Shown piece by piece: positions 10,686 to 20,373 of a stretch of 64,000 nt of DNA. The translations under genes and the position numbers were made by a program. Numbering within the stretch: position 1 is the first letter of the stretch; each line of letters opens with the position of its first letter. Below the pieces are notes generated by a model. It was not told where the DNA came from. It saw nothing but the letters and a program-made list of their open reading frames with translations, and did not search any database. Origin of the DNA: an uncultured Candidatus Saccharibacteria bacterium (lineage in GTDB: Bacteria > Patescibacteriota > WWE3 > 2-01-FULL-39-13); assembly GCA_965230915.1 (NCBI GenBank), contig OZ246395.1, positions 664,935 through 728,934 of the forward strand, read 5' to 3'.

Positions 10686-12290
10686 ATGCTTTATTTCGAA
10701 AAACTAGGCCAGCTCTCAGCAAAGTATTTAAAACCGCTTTATATCGGTATTTTCCTGATTTTTTTATTACCACGAACTATATCTATAGGGGCTGATATAT
10801 CCAATTATGACGCATCTTACTGGTACCCACGAATGGATCGTTTCACAGAAAACCTGCTAAAAGGGGAATATAAGGGCACCTATCAGCAATACCATCCTGG
10901 TGTGATTTTAATGTTAACCAGCGGAACTAGCCTATATGCATTCGACAAACTTTATGAATTGGTCTTTCACTACAATCCAAGATATATTCCGCACCAATTT
11001 ATAAAAATTCAGACTGCGACAATTTTCCCATTGGTTTTAATGATTTCATTATTAGGACTACTCTGTTTTTTCTATATAAAGAATATCGTTAACACTAAAT
11101 TCGCAATTATATTTGCAATTCTACTTTCATTTGAGCCATTCTTTTTAGGAGTAAGTCGTTTTTTACATTTATCTGCGTTAACTTCCATGTTTATGTTTAC
11201 TTCGTTTTTGACTTTGTATTATTACTATTTCAAAAAAGAAAAAGACCACAGATTATTTTATCTATCAGCAATATTAATGGGGCTCGGAATTTTAACCAAG
11301 GTTGATGCAGCCATAACAGGACCTGTAAATTTAGCTTTAATATTTTTACACGAATATAAAAAAATTCCACTTAAAAAAATTTTTATTAATCTATTCTTTT
11401 ATTGCCTAACTATTGCACTAACATTCTTTATTTTATTCCCTGCTATGTGGGTTTCATCATGGAACACCATCGAGAAAATTATGGTAGATGGTATTCAAGA
11501 TACGGCATTTGAAAGTAGCGGAGGCGAAAGCTTCACAAATATTAAAGCTTTATATTACCTCGAAACATTTTTGTATAGAAGTCTTCCAACTAGCTTTTTT
11601 GCCTTTATTGCAGGATTTATCATTTTATTTATAAACCGAAAGAAATATTCTAATACCGAAAATAATTTTTTCTACTGGTCACTAGCATATCTATTTTTTA
11701 ATCTAATAATCTTAACTATTCCAGATAAAACAAAAGATAGATACCTGATTAATTTATATCCGCCGATGTTATTTATATCTGCAATTACGTTTTATGAGAT
11801 TTTAAATTTGAAGGCTAAGTCGATCAAATATTTTGCAATTACCTTAATTACAGCTTTGTATATCTTCGCACTTTATAGAAATTATCCTGTTTATTCGTTC
11901 TATTATTCAGAATTAATTGGAGGCCCATCGGGTATTACAAAAATTGGCATGAGCATAAAAAATCGTGGCGAGTATTATGCACAGGCTGCCGAATATATAA
12001 ACACAACAAACCTTAAAGCGGAAGAAACAAATGCAGTAGTTGCACATCGTGAGCAAGTTAGAACCTTTGAGCCATTTTATTATGGAAAGTTATACACAAA
12101 TCCCGGACTTCTTCCTGACAAAGCAAGTGTTGACTACATCATATCAAGACCTGATATGAATTATTTGATACCAGACCAATACTGCAAATTAGAAAAAACA
12201 TTTGGGCCAAAAGATCCGTTAGGATATCAGGAAATCTTCGTATACCGTTGCGAAGGTTTAAACAATACTTATAAAGACTTTAGAAACTAA
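10686..12290 (+). CDS. GT-C-like polytopic membrane glycosyltransferase, subfamily D
   Basis: 534 aa with multiple TM helices. N-terminal loop 'NYDASYWYPRMDRF...YHPGVILM' is shared with the partial ORF at 1..281. C-terminal soluble domain is ~130 aa. Confidence 0.45.
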   Translation: MLYFEKLGQLSAKYLKPLYIGIFLIFLLPRTISIGADISNYDASYWYPRMDRFTENLLKGEYKGTYQQYHPGVILMLTSGTSLYAFDKLYELVFHYNPRYIPHQFIKIQTATIFPLVLMISLLGLLCFFYIKNIVNTKFAIIFAILLSFEPFFLGVSRFLHLSALTSMFMFTSFLTLYYYYFKKEKDHRLFYLSAILMGLGILTKVDAAITGPVNLALIFLHEYKKIPLKKIFINLFFYCLTIALTFFILFPAMWVSSWNTIEKIMVDGIQDTAFESSGGESFTNIKALYYLETFLYRSLPTSFFAFIAGFIILFINRKKYSNTENNFFYWSLAYLFFNLIILTIPDKTKDRYLINLYPPMLFISAITFYEILNLKAKSIKYFAITLITALYIFALYRNYPVYSFYYSELIGGPSGITKIGMSIKNRGEYYAQAAEYINTTNLKAEETNAVVAHREQVRTFEPFYYGKLYTNPGLLPDKASVDYIISRPDMNYLIPDQYCKLEKTFGPKDPLGYQEIFVYRCEGLNNTYKDFRN

Positions 12291-12320
12291 GTTTATGAAT
12301 TCAAATTTAAACGAGTGGGA

Positions 12321-13910
12321 TTATTTATCAGGTTCGACTTGATTAACTTTAAAAATATATATTGGAGGACCAAACCTATCTTTATTATCAGCAACAAATA
12401 ATAGATCTGCATATTTTAGAATCGGCTCCGAGTTTCCCTCTAAATCACCGGGATCTCGATCTCCCTGTATTAATTGCTCCTTTCTAATACCTTCTACACC
12501 AATCAAAACATAAAATGGAGCTTCTTTGTAGCTTATTCCGTCCTTATCAAGCTTCTTAATCTTTTCGGTTTCATTACGTTTAAACTCAACGACTGCTAGC
12601 TCTTCGCCAATCACGAATAAAAAGTCGTTATTTTCATCAATATTATCTTTAACCCAGTTGTAAGCAAGATTTCTTGTGTCTTGTCTTCCTAACATGTAAT
12701 CACTTCTAACAACATCAAACATAGATGGAATTAAAAGTACAAGAACAAGTGGATATAACAAAACCCATTTAAAAACTTTTAAGTTTTTAATCCAATCATA
12801 AATTTCGGCAATAAAAGCAGATAACGCTGGAACATAAAATGGAATTAACATTAAAAAGTAATGAGATGGCGAACGGTCTAATCGGCTGACATACAAAGCG
12901 ATAATTACTGTTGGAAATAACAAAAAGTTGTAAGCTTTATTCCGCTTGTTAAAAAATAAGAATAAAACAACTAACACGCTGAATAGTATCCAAATAATGT
13001 ATCCCAGGTCAGCCCTGAACATCGTAACAAAAGTTTCATAAACTTCAGATGGGTATTGTGGCCATTCTACGCTACCGACATTTTGGAACTGCCACATCGC
13101 TCCTTTACCACGTTCATCTGATAAGAACGTTTCATGATCTAAAATTGCATAAGGTGTTCCGAGAAAAAATAACACAACGGAAAGTAGACCAGCAATTAAT
13201 GCATACTTTATTCTCTTCAAATCTATATATCTTTTAAGAAAGCTCATGTCTGTTAACTCAGCCTGGCGCATAAAATATGCCTGAACAACAGAAATCGCAA
13301 GTAGAAAACTATTATATTTAATCGAAGTGGCAATTCCGATCATTGCACCGCTTAAAATATATGATCTTAAATTTCCATACTTATAAATATTCCAAATAAA
13401 ATAAACAGATAGTGCTACAAAAAATGTATGAGCTATATCAACTTTAGCTAGATGTGACTCATAAACATGGATTGGCAAGAAAGTTAATATAAGAGCTGAA
13501 ATCATTCCAACACGGTAAGAAAATATTTTGCGCCCTATTAAAAATAAAACAATTACAGTTAATGATCCCAAAATAGCCGACAACGATCTCGAGATTAAGA
13601 AAAACGAGGCAGGAGAAAAACTATCGTCCGGTATTTTTAAAACGGCAGTTAATATTGGCTTAATTAATGCAAATACAGCATAAAATGCAGCGTTAATGTA
13701 AAAATAAAGTGAAGGCCAATCAAATCTTCCTGGGTTTAAACTTTCTTTTAGTCCTATCGTTCCGCTTATAAGAGAAGGTTCATCGACGTTTAATTGGAGT
13801 GGTAAACCATACCAGATGCCCCAAAAACGTAAAACTAGTGCAACAATAAAAATTATCCAGACAGATTTAGGAATATTTAAATTTGCAAAACGCCTAATTA
13901 TTGGTTGCAT
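12321..13910 (-). CDS. GT-C fold membrane glycosyltransferase (ArnT/PMT_2-like), subfamily A paralogue
   Basis: 529 aa. 'NVDEPSLISGTIGLKESLNPGRFDWPSLYFYINAAF' motif. C-terminal domain starts 'RQDTRNLAYNWVKDN', parallel to ORF 259..1740. Confidence 0.6.
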   Translation of the reverse strand: MQPIIRRFANLNIPKSVWIIFIVALVLRFWGIWYGLPLQLNVDEPSLISGTIGLKESLNPGRFDWPSLYFYINAAFYAVFALIKPILTAVLKIPDDSFSPASFFLISRSLSAILGSLTVIVLFLIGRKIFSYRVGMISALILTFLPIHVYESHLAKVDIAHTFFVALSVYFIWNIYKYGNLRSYILSGAMIGIATSIKYNSFLLAISVVQAYFMRQAELTDMSFLKRYIDLKRIKYALIAGLLSVVLFFLGTPYAILDHETFLSDERGKGAMWQFQNVGSVEWPQYPSEVYETFVTMFRADLGYIIWILFSVLVVLFLFFNKRNKAYNFLLFPTVIIALYVSRLDRSPSHYFLMLIPFYVPALSAFIAEIYDWIKNLKVFKWVLLYPLVLVLLIPSMFDVVRSDYMLGRQDTRNLAYNWVKDNIDENNDFLFVIGEELAVVEFKRNETEKIKKLDKDGISYKEAPFYVLIGVEGIRKEQLIQGDRDPGDLEGNSEPILKYADLLFVADNKDRFGPPIYIFKVNQVEPDK

Positions 13911-15697
13911 AAGAATTTTCCTTCAGGATATAGATCAGTTTTCCCATAAATTCTGGTGACAGTATAATTTCCTGAATCAACTTGCCCAAGTAAAACATAT
14001 TTACTCATGTCTAAATTATTTGGGTTGTAATATTCCCAGCTATGAGGACCCTCGATAATTAATAAGTTATCACCTTCGGGTTTAAATTCTTGTAGCTGAC
14101 CTTTTTGCTGATGCTGACGAATGTAAAAATAAGTGATCGAATCTTTTTCATTTGAATTATAACCACCAGTTAAACAGCCTTTATTATATAAATCTGCAAT
14201 CTTTTCCCATCCACGATAGTTATTAAAACCGAATGCACCTTCTTTCTTTTGGTGACGAACGCGTTCAATTCTGTAAATTGGCCAACCTAAAAAGTCTTTA
14301 TCAAACCATGGATATTCTGGATTCTTATCTACAAAAATCATCCAGTTAACTCCGGATATAAAAAAGAAAGACAAAATAATCAAAATTATTGCAACGTTCT
14401 TTAAAACCGACGATGCAATAGATCGATATGCTTTTGCAATTCCATAGCCTGCAATAATAAATAATGGAAGTATCGAGACATAAACATGAGTCCTTGGGTC
14501 TTTCATTATAAAGAAATAAAATGCGTAAGTACCTAAAAACCATGTGATAACCGCTGCTCGATCCCATTTTATTCTGTTGTAGAACATTAAAAGTACAGAC
14601 ATGGCGATAGATGATCCGATTACTAAGAGAGATGCGCTTCGAGGCTTTATCGGGTAAAAGCTGAAAATGGTTGCAGCTAAAATTATGGAAATTAACGCGG
14701 TAAAAATTATCTGCATAGATTTTTTGCTAAATTTTATTTTTGAGAACTTGAATCCAACTATATGTTTATAGTTAAATAAAATTCCTAGAAGTCCTGCTAC
14801 AAATAAGAAATTCAAATGATATTCGGGAATATACATCGTAATCAAATCATTAGTAATTTCGGTTCGAGGCATAAATCCTCCACCAAAAAGGCGATTTCCT
14901 AAATAATCTGAAGTTTGATCTTCGAAAGCTTGTCCGAAATAGAATGGAACGTAATAAAAAAGTGCTGGAAGTAGAAAAGCTGTAAAAAATATAACAGCCT
15001 TTAATAAATAGGATCTAACTACCGAAAATTTCGCTTTAATTTCATGAAAAACAATTCCTAAATTTAGTTCTTTTTTATCTGCATATATTTCACGAACTAA
15101 ACTAGCAACAAAACCTGCAATAAAAAAAGGAACAACTGATAAAGTATCGTAATGTGTTAAAAACGCAAAAGACATTATTAATCCGCTATATAAAATCAGC
15201 TTTTTGCTTTTGGCATTAAGTGCCTTTATAAAAAGCATAATTCCAAATGGAATCACACAATACATGACTGATTGATATTGAGTTATGCGTCCGAAAGCAA
15301 TAAACAAACCATTTATTGACATTAATGTCGCTGTTATTAAAGCAGTCGACGGATCGTAAATCTTTTTCGCCAACATATATAGCGAAAAAATAGCAATAAC
15401 ACTAAACACTAAGTAAGGCAATCTAATTTGCCATTCATCGTTATATCCAAAAACAGCAACATTAGTAATATTTATAAGATATTGAATCGGCCCGCGCTTT
15501 TGTGACATTAAATACTCCATTGTGCCCTGAAAACCGGGCTTCATTTCGTATAAAAAGTCGATTGTATTTACTTCGTCTCCCTGAAAAATCGAATATCCCA
15601 AATCTTGTGCACGCACAAAAACTGAAAATATTATGAGGCCAAGGAATATTACAATTGCGTAGACAGGTAGTTTAAATTGTCTAAAGTTCATTTTCAT
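13898..15697 (-). CDS. GT-C fold membrane glycosyltransferase (ArnT-like, GT83/GT39-type), subfamily B-like
   Basis: 599 aa. First loop 'FQGDEVNTIDF' (DE motif of ArnT/PMT). About 12 TM helices plus a ~140 aa C-terminal soluble domain. Confidence 0.5.
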   Translation of the reverse strand: MKMNFRQFKLPVYAIVIFLGLIIFSVFVRAQDLGYSIFQGDEVNTIDFLYEMKPGFQGTMEYLMSQKRGPIQYLINITNVAVFGYNDEWQIRLPYLVFSVIAIFSLYMLAKKIYDPSTALITATLMSINGLFIAFGRITQYQSVMYCVIPFGIMLFIKALNAKSKKLILYSGLIMSFAFLTHYDTLSVVPFFIAGFVASLVREIYADKKELNLGIVFHEIKAKFSVVRSYLLKAVIFFTAFLLPALFYYVPFYFGQAFEDQTSDYLGNRLFGGGFMPRTEITNDLITMYIPEYHLNFLFVAGLLGILFNYKHIVGFKFSKIKFSKKSMQIIFTALISIILAATIFSFYPIKPRSASLLVIGSSIAMSVLLMFYNRIKWDRAAVITWFLGTYAFYFFIMKDPRTHVYVSILPLFIIAGYGIAKAYRSIASSVLKNVAIILIILSFFFISGVNWMIFVDKNPEYPWFDKDFLGWPIYRIERVRHQKKEGAFGFNNYRGWEKIADLYNKGCLTGGYNSNEKDSITYFYIRQHQQKGQLQEFKPEGDNLLIIEGPHSWEYYNPNNLDMSKYVLLGQVDSGNYTVTRIYGKTDLYPEGKFLCNQ

Positions 15698-16962
15698 AGC
15701 TTATCTAATATAGAATTATATCCTAGAATCATAGCACGCTTACTATACTTATTTTCCCCGGTTTTTCGGGCTTCTTGTGACATTTCTTTCAAAAGTTCCG
15801 GCTTTTCATATAAATGTTTCAAAATATAGGCGAGACTCGTTGCCGATTTAGTATCTATATAATAGCCATCTTTGCTGTCGGTTATTAATTCTGATAACCC
15901 TCCCTTTTTGGTTGCTATAACTGGTAATCCACTACAAAAAGCTTCAGATACGGTCATTGGATGGCCTTCTTCGCGTCTGGTTGGCAATACGAATACGTGG
16001 CTTTTTTGATAATACTCGGGTAAATCGGTATTTTTTACCTGGCCGACAAATTCAACAGAGTCCATCAAACCAAGACTTTTTGCCAGATTTTTAAATTCGT
16101 ATATATGAATTCCCATACCGATAATTTTTGCTTTTACCTGCACACCCTCGTTTCTTGCTATGTGGATTGCATTCAAAAGCAGATCAATTCCCTTTTCACG
16201 GTCAACTCGCCCCACGTACAAAGCTGTAAAATGGGAATATTTTTGAGTAATTGGAGCTGGCGCAAATAGAATATCATCTACCCCGTTATAAACCACTCTA
16301 ACTCTGTGTTTTAGTTTCGGATAATCATTTAAAAATTTCTCACGTAAATCTTTACTTACGGCGATAATGTATCGGCATCTTTTGAAAAATTTGCGATTTG
16401 ATACATGATGTTCAATTAGCCACTTAGGCAAATCGACCATTATAAACCTAATCCAATTTTTTATGGTTGTGTTTGACCTAAACCGACTTTTAATTTCATT
16501 TGGAATTGTTCCATGAATTACAGCAATAATTGGCGTTCTGATTTTAGGGTGCATTACTAGCCCTTTAGCTGCAGTACTTTGACTTAAAATACAATCGAAT
16601 GAACTTTCTATGTGGATTTTTAAAAACTCATCACTACTTTCGCTGTAATAATTTTTCTTTCCTTCAATGATATTATTTCTCGATACTAAGTGTAATTTTA
16701 CAAAAGTATTTTCCCAAAAACTTAGCGGGTTCAAACCACTAGTAGTATCACCGACGAAAACATACTTTATACCGTTTTCTTCCTTCACTATATTTCCCTT
16801 TTCTATTTTTGTAGTTGGATCATCTGTAGGGTAAGAAGATGTAAATACAGTAATTTGATGACCTGCCGCGGATAGACCATCTAATAAAATTTTTAAGTGC
16901 GTTTCCATTCCTCCCGAAGTAAAATGGTGAATTGTTGACCTTGAGAAAACTGCTATTTTCAT
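15694..16962 (-). CDS. GT4 family (GT-B) glycosyltransferase
   Basis: 422 aa. 'VGRVDREKGIDLLL' and 'EGHPMTVSEAFCSGLPVIATKKGGLSELI' match the GT4 EX7E motif region. Confidence 0.75.
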   Translation of the reverse strand: MKIAVFSRSTIHHFTSGGMETHLKILLDGLSAAGHQITVFTSSYPTDDPTTKIEKGNIVKEENGIKYVFVGDTTSGLNPLSFWENTFVKLHLVSRNNIIEGKKNYYSESSDEFLKIHIESSFDCILSQSTAAKGLVMHPKIRTPIIAVIHGTIPNEIKSRFRSNTTIKNWIRFIMVDLPKWLIEHHVSNRKFFKRCRYIIAVSKDLREKFLNDYPKLKHRVRVVYNGVDDILFAPAPITQKYSHFTALYVGRVDREKGIDLLLNAIHIARNEGVQVKAKIIGMGIHIYEFKNLAKSLGLMDSVEFVGQVKNTDLPEYYQKSHVFVLPTRREEGHPMTVSEAFCSGLPVIATKKGGLSELITDSKDGYYIDTKSATSLAYILKHLYEKPELLKEMSQEARKTGENKYSKRAMILGYNSILDKL

Positions 16963-18128
16963 AATGTTTCGTTATAACAATCTAAATATTTTTTTGAAAT
17001 TGCTTCCCACCTATATTTCTGAACTTCCTTTTTGCCATTATCTGAAAGTTTTTCCCGTAATTCACTATGGCTCAGCATTAATTCCATTTTACTTGAAAGA
17101 TCTTCGAAATTTCCATTCTCAAAAAACAAGGTAGTCTCGTTATCCACCAACATATCACTAAGTCCGCCTGTCTTTGAAGAGACAAATGGAATACCTGCAG
17201 CCATATACTCAAGCGCGACTATTCCAAAAGGTTCAATTCGAGATGGAATAACACCAAAAAGTGACCCTTTCATAGATGCAATTTTTTCTTCTTGCGATAA
17301 TGTACCCTCTGTAAAAATAAATTGAGGATCTATCCCCATTGTTTTAACCATATTTTTTATTTTTTCCAGTTCTTCACCTTTACCTTCTATCATTAGCTTC
17401 AAATTCGAATTTTGCATTTTATAGAAAGCCTTTATTAAAACGTCGACCCCTTTTTTCTCAACTAACCTACCGATGAAGAAAATATACGGCACACCAGCAT
17501 AGTCTTTAGCCTTAACATTCTCGTACATTTCAACATTCAATCCATTTGGAATTATTTTTATTTTTTCTGAATAATTTGGAAAACTTTTTAAAAATTCTGA
17601 TTTCATGTACGAAGAGTTGACGACGATTTTCTTTGCACGCCTTAACAGCCTTGCAATAAAATATTTATGGATTCTTTTTTTAGAATATTTATGCAAATCA
17701 TTGCCGTGAATATTTACAATCATCGGAGTACGCATGATCGATGTAACCAAATCTACATAAACTGATGAGTCATCGGGAAAATGATAGTTAATTACATCCG
17801 GTTTAAATTTTTGTATATACGAAAACATTTCGACCAAAGCCAAAAAGAAACGTGCGGGAAATAAAATCCAACCTAGAATGCTTCCTGGCAAGTTAATCCA
17901 AATTTTCTTATTTGAATAAGTTTCGAATGGTTCTTCAGATGTTTGAATTTGTAAAATTTTGTCTAAATTTGCTAGTACCCGAATTGGTGAAAACCCTAAT
18001 CGGCTATCAAGTGAACTCAAAACCTTAACTTCATTACTGGCACTTAAATTTCTAGCCAAATTTGCTACAACCTCTTCAACCCCACCAATATGTGGGTAAA
18101 ACCTAGTTGTGATTATTAGTATTTTCAC
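16959..18128 (-). CDS. GT4 family (GT-B) glycosyltransferase
   Basis: 389 aa. 'FIGRLVEKKGVDVLI' and 'EPFGIVALEYMAAGIPFVSSKTGGLSDML' are GT4 signature blocks. Overlaps the upstream GT4 gene by 4 nt (operon). Confidence 0.75.
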   Translation of the reverse strand: MKILIITTRFYPHIGGVEEVVANLARNLSASNEVKVLSSLDSRLGFSPIRVLANLDKILQIQTSEEPFETYSNKKIWINLPGSILGWILFPARFFLALVEMFSYIQKFKPDVINYHFPDDSSVYVDLVTSIMRTPMIVNIHGNDLHKYSKKRIHKYFIARLLRRAKKIVVNSSYMKSEFLKSFPNYSEKIKIIPNGLNVEMYENVKAKDYAGVPYIFFIGRLVEKKGVDVLIKAFYKMQNSNLKLMIEGKGEELEKIKNMVKTMGIDPQFIFTEGTLSQEEKIASMKGSLFGVIPSRIEPFGIVALEYMAAGIPFVSSKTGGLSDMLVDNETTLFFENGNFEDLSSKMELMLSHSELREKLSDNGKKEVQKYRWEAISKKYLDCYNETL

Positions 18129-18175
18129 TTACTGATTCTACCATCTAAATGGCTAATTTTTGCTAAAATAAGGCA

Positions 18176-19999
18176 ATGCAAGACAAAAACCATCCGAATA
18201 ACGACCCAAAGTATACGTGGGATTTAACACCTCTTTTCAAAAGCGACTCTGACCCTGAGATTGCCAAATACTTGGCTTTAGTCGAAGAAAAAACAGCCGA
18301 ATTTGTAGAAAAATGGAAGGAAAACAAGGCATATTTGACAGATCCAAAAGTAATGCTGGAAGCCTTAAATGACTTCGAAAACTGGTCACGAAACTATGGA
18401 ATCTATAACAAAGCTGATTATTACTTCGGAATGCGATCCGAACAAGACCAAGAAAATGTCGAACTTAAGGCAGCTACAAATAAGTTAACCGAGAAAGCTC
18501 AAAAGTTAATTAGCGATACAAGATTTTTCACACATCAAATTGCATTAATTCCACAAAACGATCAAAAGAAATTTTTAGATTTCCCTGAACTTTCAAAATA
18601 CAAACATTTTTTAGAGCGCGAATTTGATAGCGCTAAATATTTATTAACAGAAGCTGAAGAAAATATATTAACCTTAAAAGCTCCCACTTCTCGTTCTAAT
18701 TGGGTAAATATGGTTTCTGAATTTTTAGGAAAAGAAGAAGCCGAAATCGAAAATGAAAAAGGTGAAAAAGAAAAGCAACCTTTCCCAATGATTTTAAGCA
18801 TCGCAACCGAAAACAAAAATAAAAAAATTCGAGATCAAGCTGCTGCAGAATTCAATAGAATTTTAGCTAAACACTCAGATGTTGCAGAACATGAATTAAA
18901 TTCTGTACTTCAGGATAAAAAGACAAACGATAAGTTAAGAAAATATTCTAGAGCAGATGAAGCAAGACTATTTTCAGACGACATTGATACTCAAACAATT
19001 GATGCGCTTATCGAATCTACTGTTAGCAAATTCGATACTCCTGCTAGATACTACAAATTAAAAGCAAAATTATTCAATTTTGAAAAACTTGCATACCACG
19101 AACGAAATCTTTCATATGGGGAAGTCGAAAAAGAATTTTCATTCGAAGATGCGACAAAGTTAGTGGATAAAGCCTTAGGCCAAATCGATCAGGAATTCTC
19201 GGATATATTCCAAAGCTATATAAAAAATCGACAATTCGATGTGTTCCCAAGAAAAAATAAATCCGGGGGAGCTTTCTGCGCTCATCATGGAATAAACGAA
19301 CCAATTTATGTGCTTTTAAACCACACAAATAAAATGAGCGATGTTGGAACAATCGCACACGAAATGGGCCATGCAATAAACGATGAATATATGAGAAAAG
19401 CTCAACACGAACTTTACTACGGAACATCTTTAGCAATCGCTGAAGTATCTAGCACATTTATGGAAGACTTCGTTTTAGAAGAATTATTCAAAACAGCATC
19501 TAAAGAAGAACAGCTTTCACTAATGCTTTCAAAACTTGACGATGAAATCGGAACAATTCACAGACAAGTTGCAATTTATAAATTTGAAAAAGATCTACAC
19601 GCTGCTTTTGCAGAAAAAGGATACTTATCTAAAAAAGATATCGGCGAAATATTCCTAAAAAATATGAAAGCTTATATGGGAGATTTTGTCGAACAAAATG
19701 AAGGATCAGAAAACTGGTGGATCTACATCAGCCACATACGCAGATCTTTCTATGTTTATTCTTATGCAAGTGGTTTATTAATTTCAAAATCACTTCAGAA
19801 TAGTTTTAAGAAAGATAAAAACTTCATCGAAAAAGTTAAATATCTTTTATCTGCTGGAACTTCAGCTTCTCCAAAAGATATTTTTGCTAACATGGGAATC
19901 GATATAACCGACAAAACATTCTGGGAAAATGGCTTGGCGGAGGTCGACGCTCTTTTAGTTAAAACAGAGCAATTAGCAAAAGAACTAGGTAAAATATAA
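18176..19999 (+). CDS. pepF: Oligoendopeptidase F (M3B family zinc metallopeptidase)
   Basis: 607 aa. HEXXH zinc motif 'AHEMGHAINDEY' sits in an M3B-like context. Length and architecture are typical of PepF. Confidence 0.8.
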   Translation: MQDKNHPNNDPKYTWDLTPLFKSDSDPEIAKYLALVEEKTAEFVEKWKENKAYLTDPKVMLEALNDFENWSRNYGIYNKADYYFGMRSEQDQENVELKAATNKLTEKAQKLISDTRFFTHQIALIPQNDQKKFLDFPELSKYKHFLEREFDSAKYLLTEAEENILTLKAPTSRSNWVNMVSEFLGKEEAEIENEKGEKEKQPFPMILSIATENKNKKIRDQAAAEFNRILAKHSDVAEHELNSVLQDKKTNDKLRKYSRADEARLFSDDIDTQTIDALIESTVSKFDTPARYYKLKAKLFNFEKLAYHERNLSYGEVEKEFSFEDATKLVDKALGQIDQEFSDIFQSYIKNRQFDVFPRKNKSGGAFCAHHGINEPIYVLLNHTNKMSDVGTIAHEMGHAINDEYMRKAQHELYYGTSLAIAEVSSTFMEDFVLEELFKTASKEEQLSLMLSKLDDEIGTIHRQVAIYKFEKDLHAAFAEKGYLSKKDIGEIFLKNMKAYMGDFVEQNEGSENWWIYISHIRRSFYVYSYASGLLISKSLQNSFKKDKNFIEKVKYLLSAGTSASPKDIFANMGIDITDKTFWENGLAEVDALLVKTEQLAKELGKI

Positions 20000-20001
20000 A
20001 C

Positions 20002-20373
20002 ATGTCATTAACCGACGGAATAATAAACACCATATTCTTAACCTTTTTGCATAACGAATATGCCATTGCCTTCTTTTTAGGAGCCACCTTTTCAGTTGTA
20101 GCATTATTAATTAAGCCTTCAAGATATTTCGTCTTATTACTAATTGGATTTATCACACTGCTACTGGGATTTGAATACAATAAACATATTATCGAACCCT
20201 TACAAGATCAGACATTAACATCACTTGGGCTCGATGGAGATGGCGGGTCGGCAGGTACATTGGTTGTAAGAACATTCCAAAAATTATTACCAGTCGGTTT
20301 TTTTATTATCGGATGGGGAAGTATTTTTATTGCAATTTTTGCAAAAGCATTAAGAAAGAACAAAGAAACTTAA
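20002..20373 (+). CDS. Small membrane protein, function unknown (4 predicted TM helices)
   Basis: 123 aa hydrophobic protein immediately downstream of pepF (2-nt gap). No recognisable motif. Confidence 0.4.
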   Translation: MSLTDGIINTIFLTFLHNEYAIAFFLGATFSVVALLIKPSRYFVLLLIGFITLLLGFEYNKHIIEPLQDQTLTSLGLDGDGGSAGTLVVRTFQKLLPVGFFIIGWGSIFIAIFAKALRKNKET

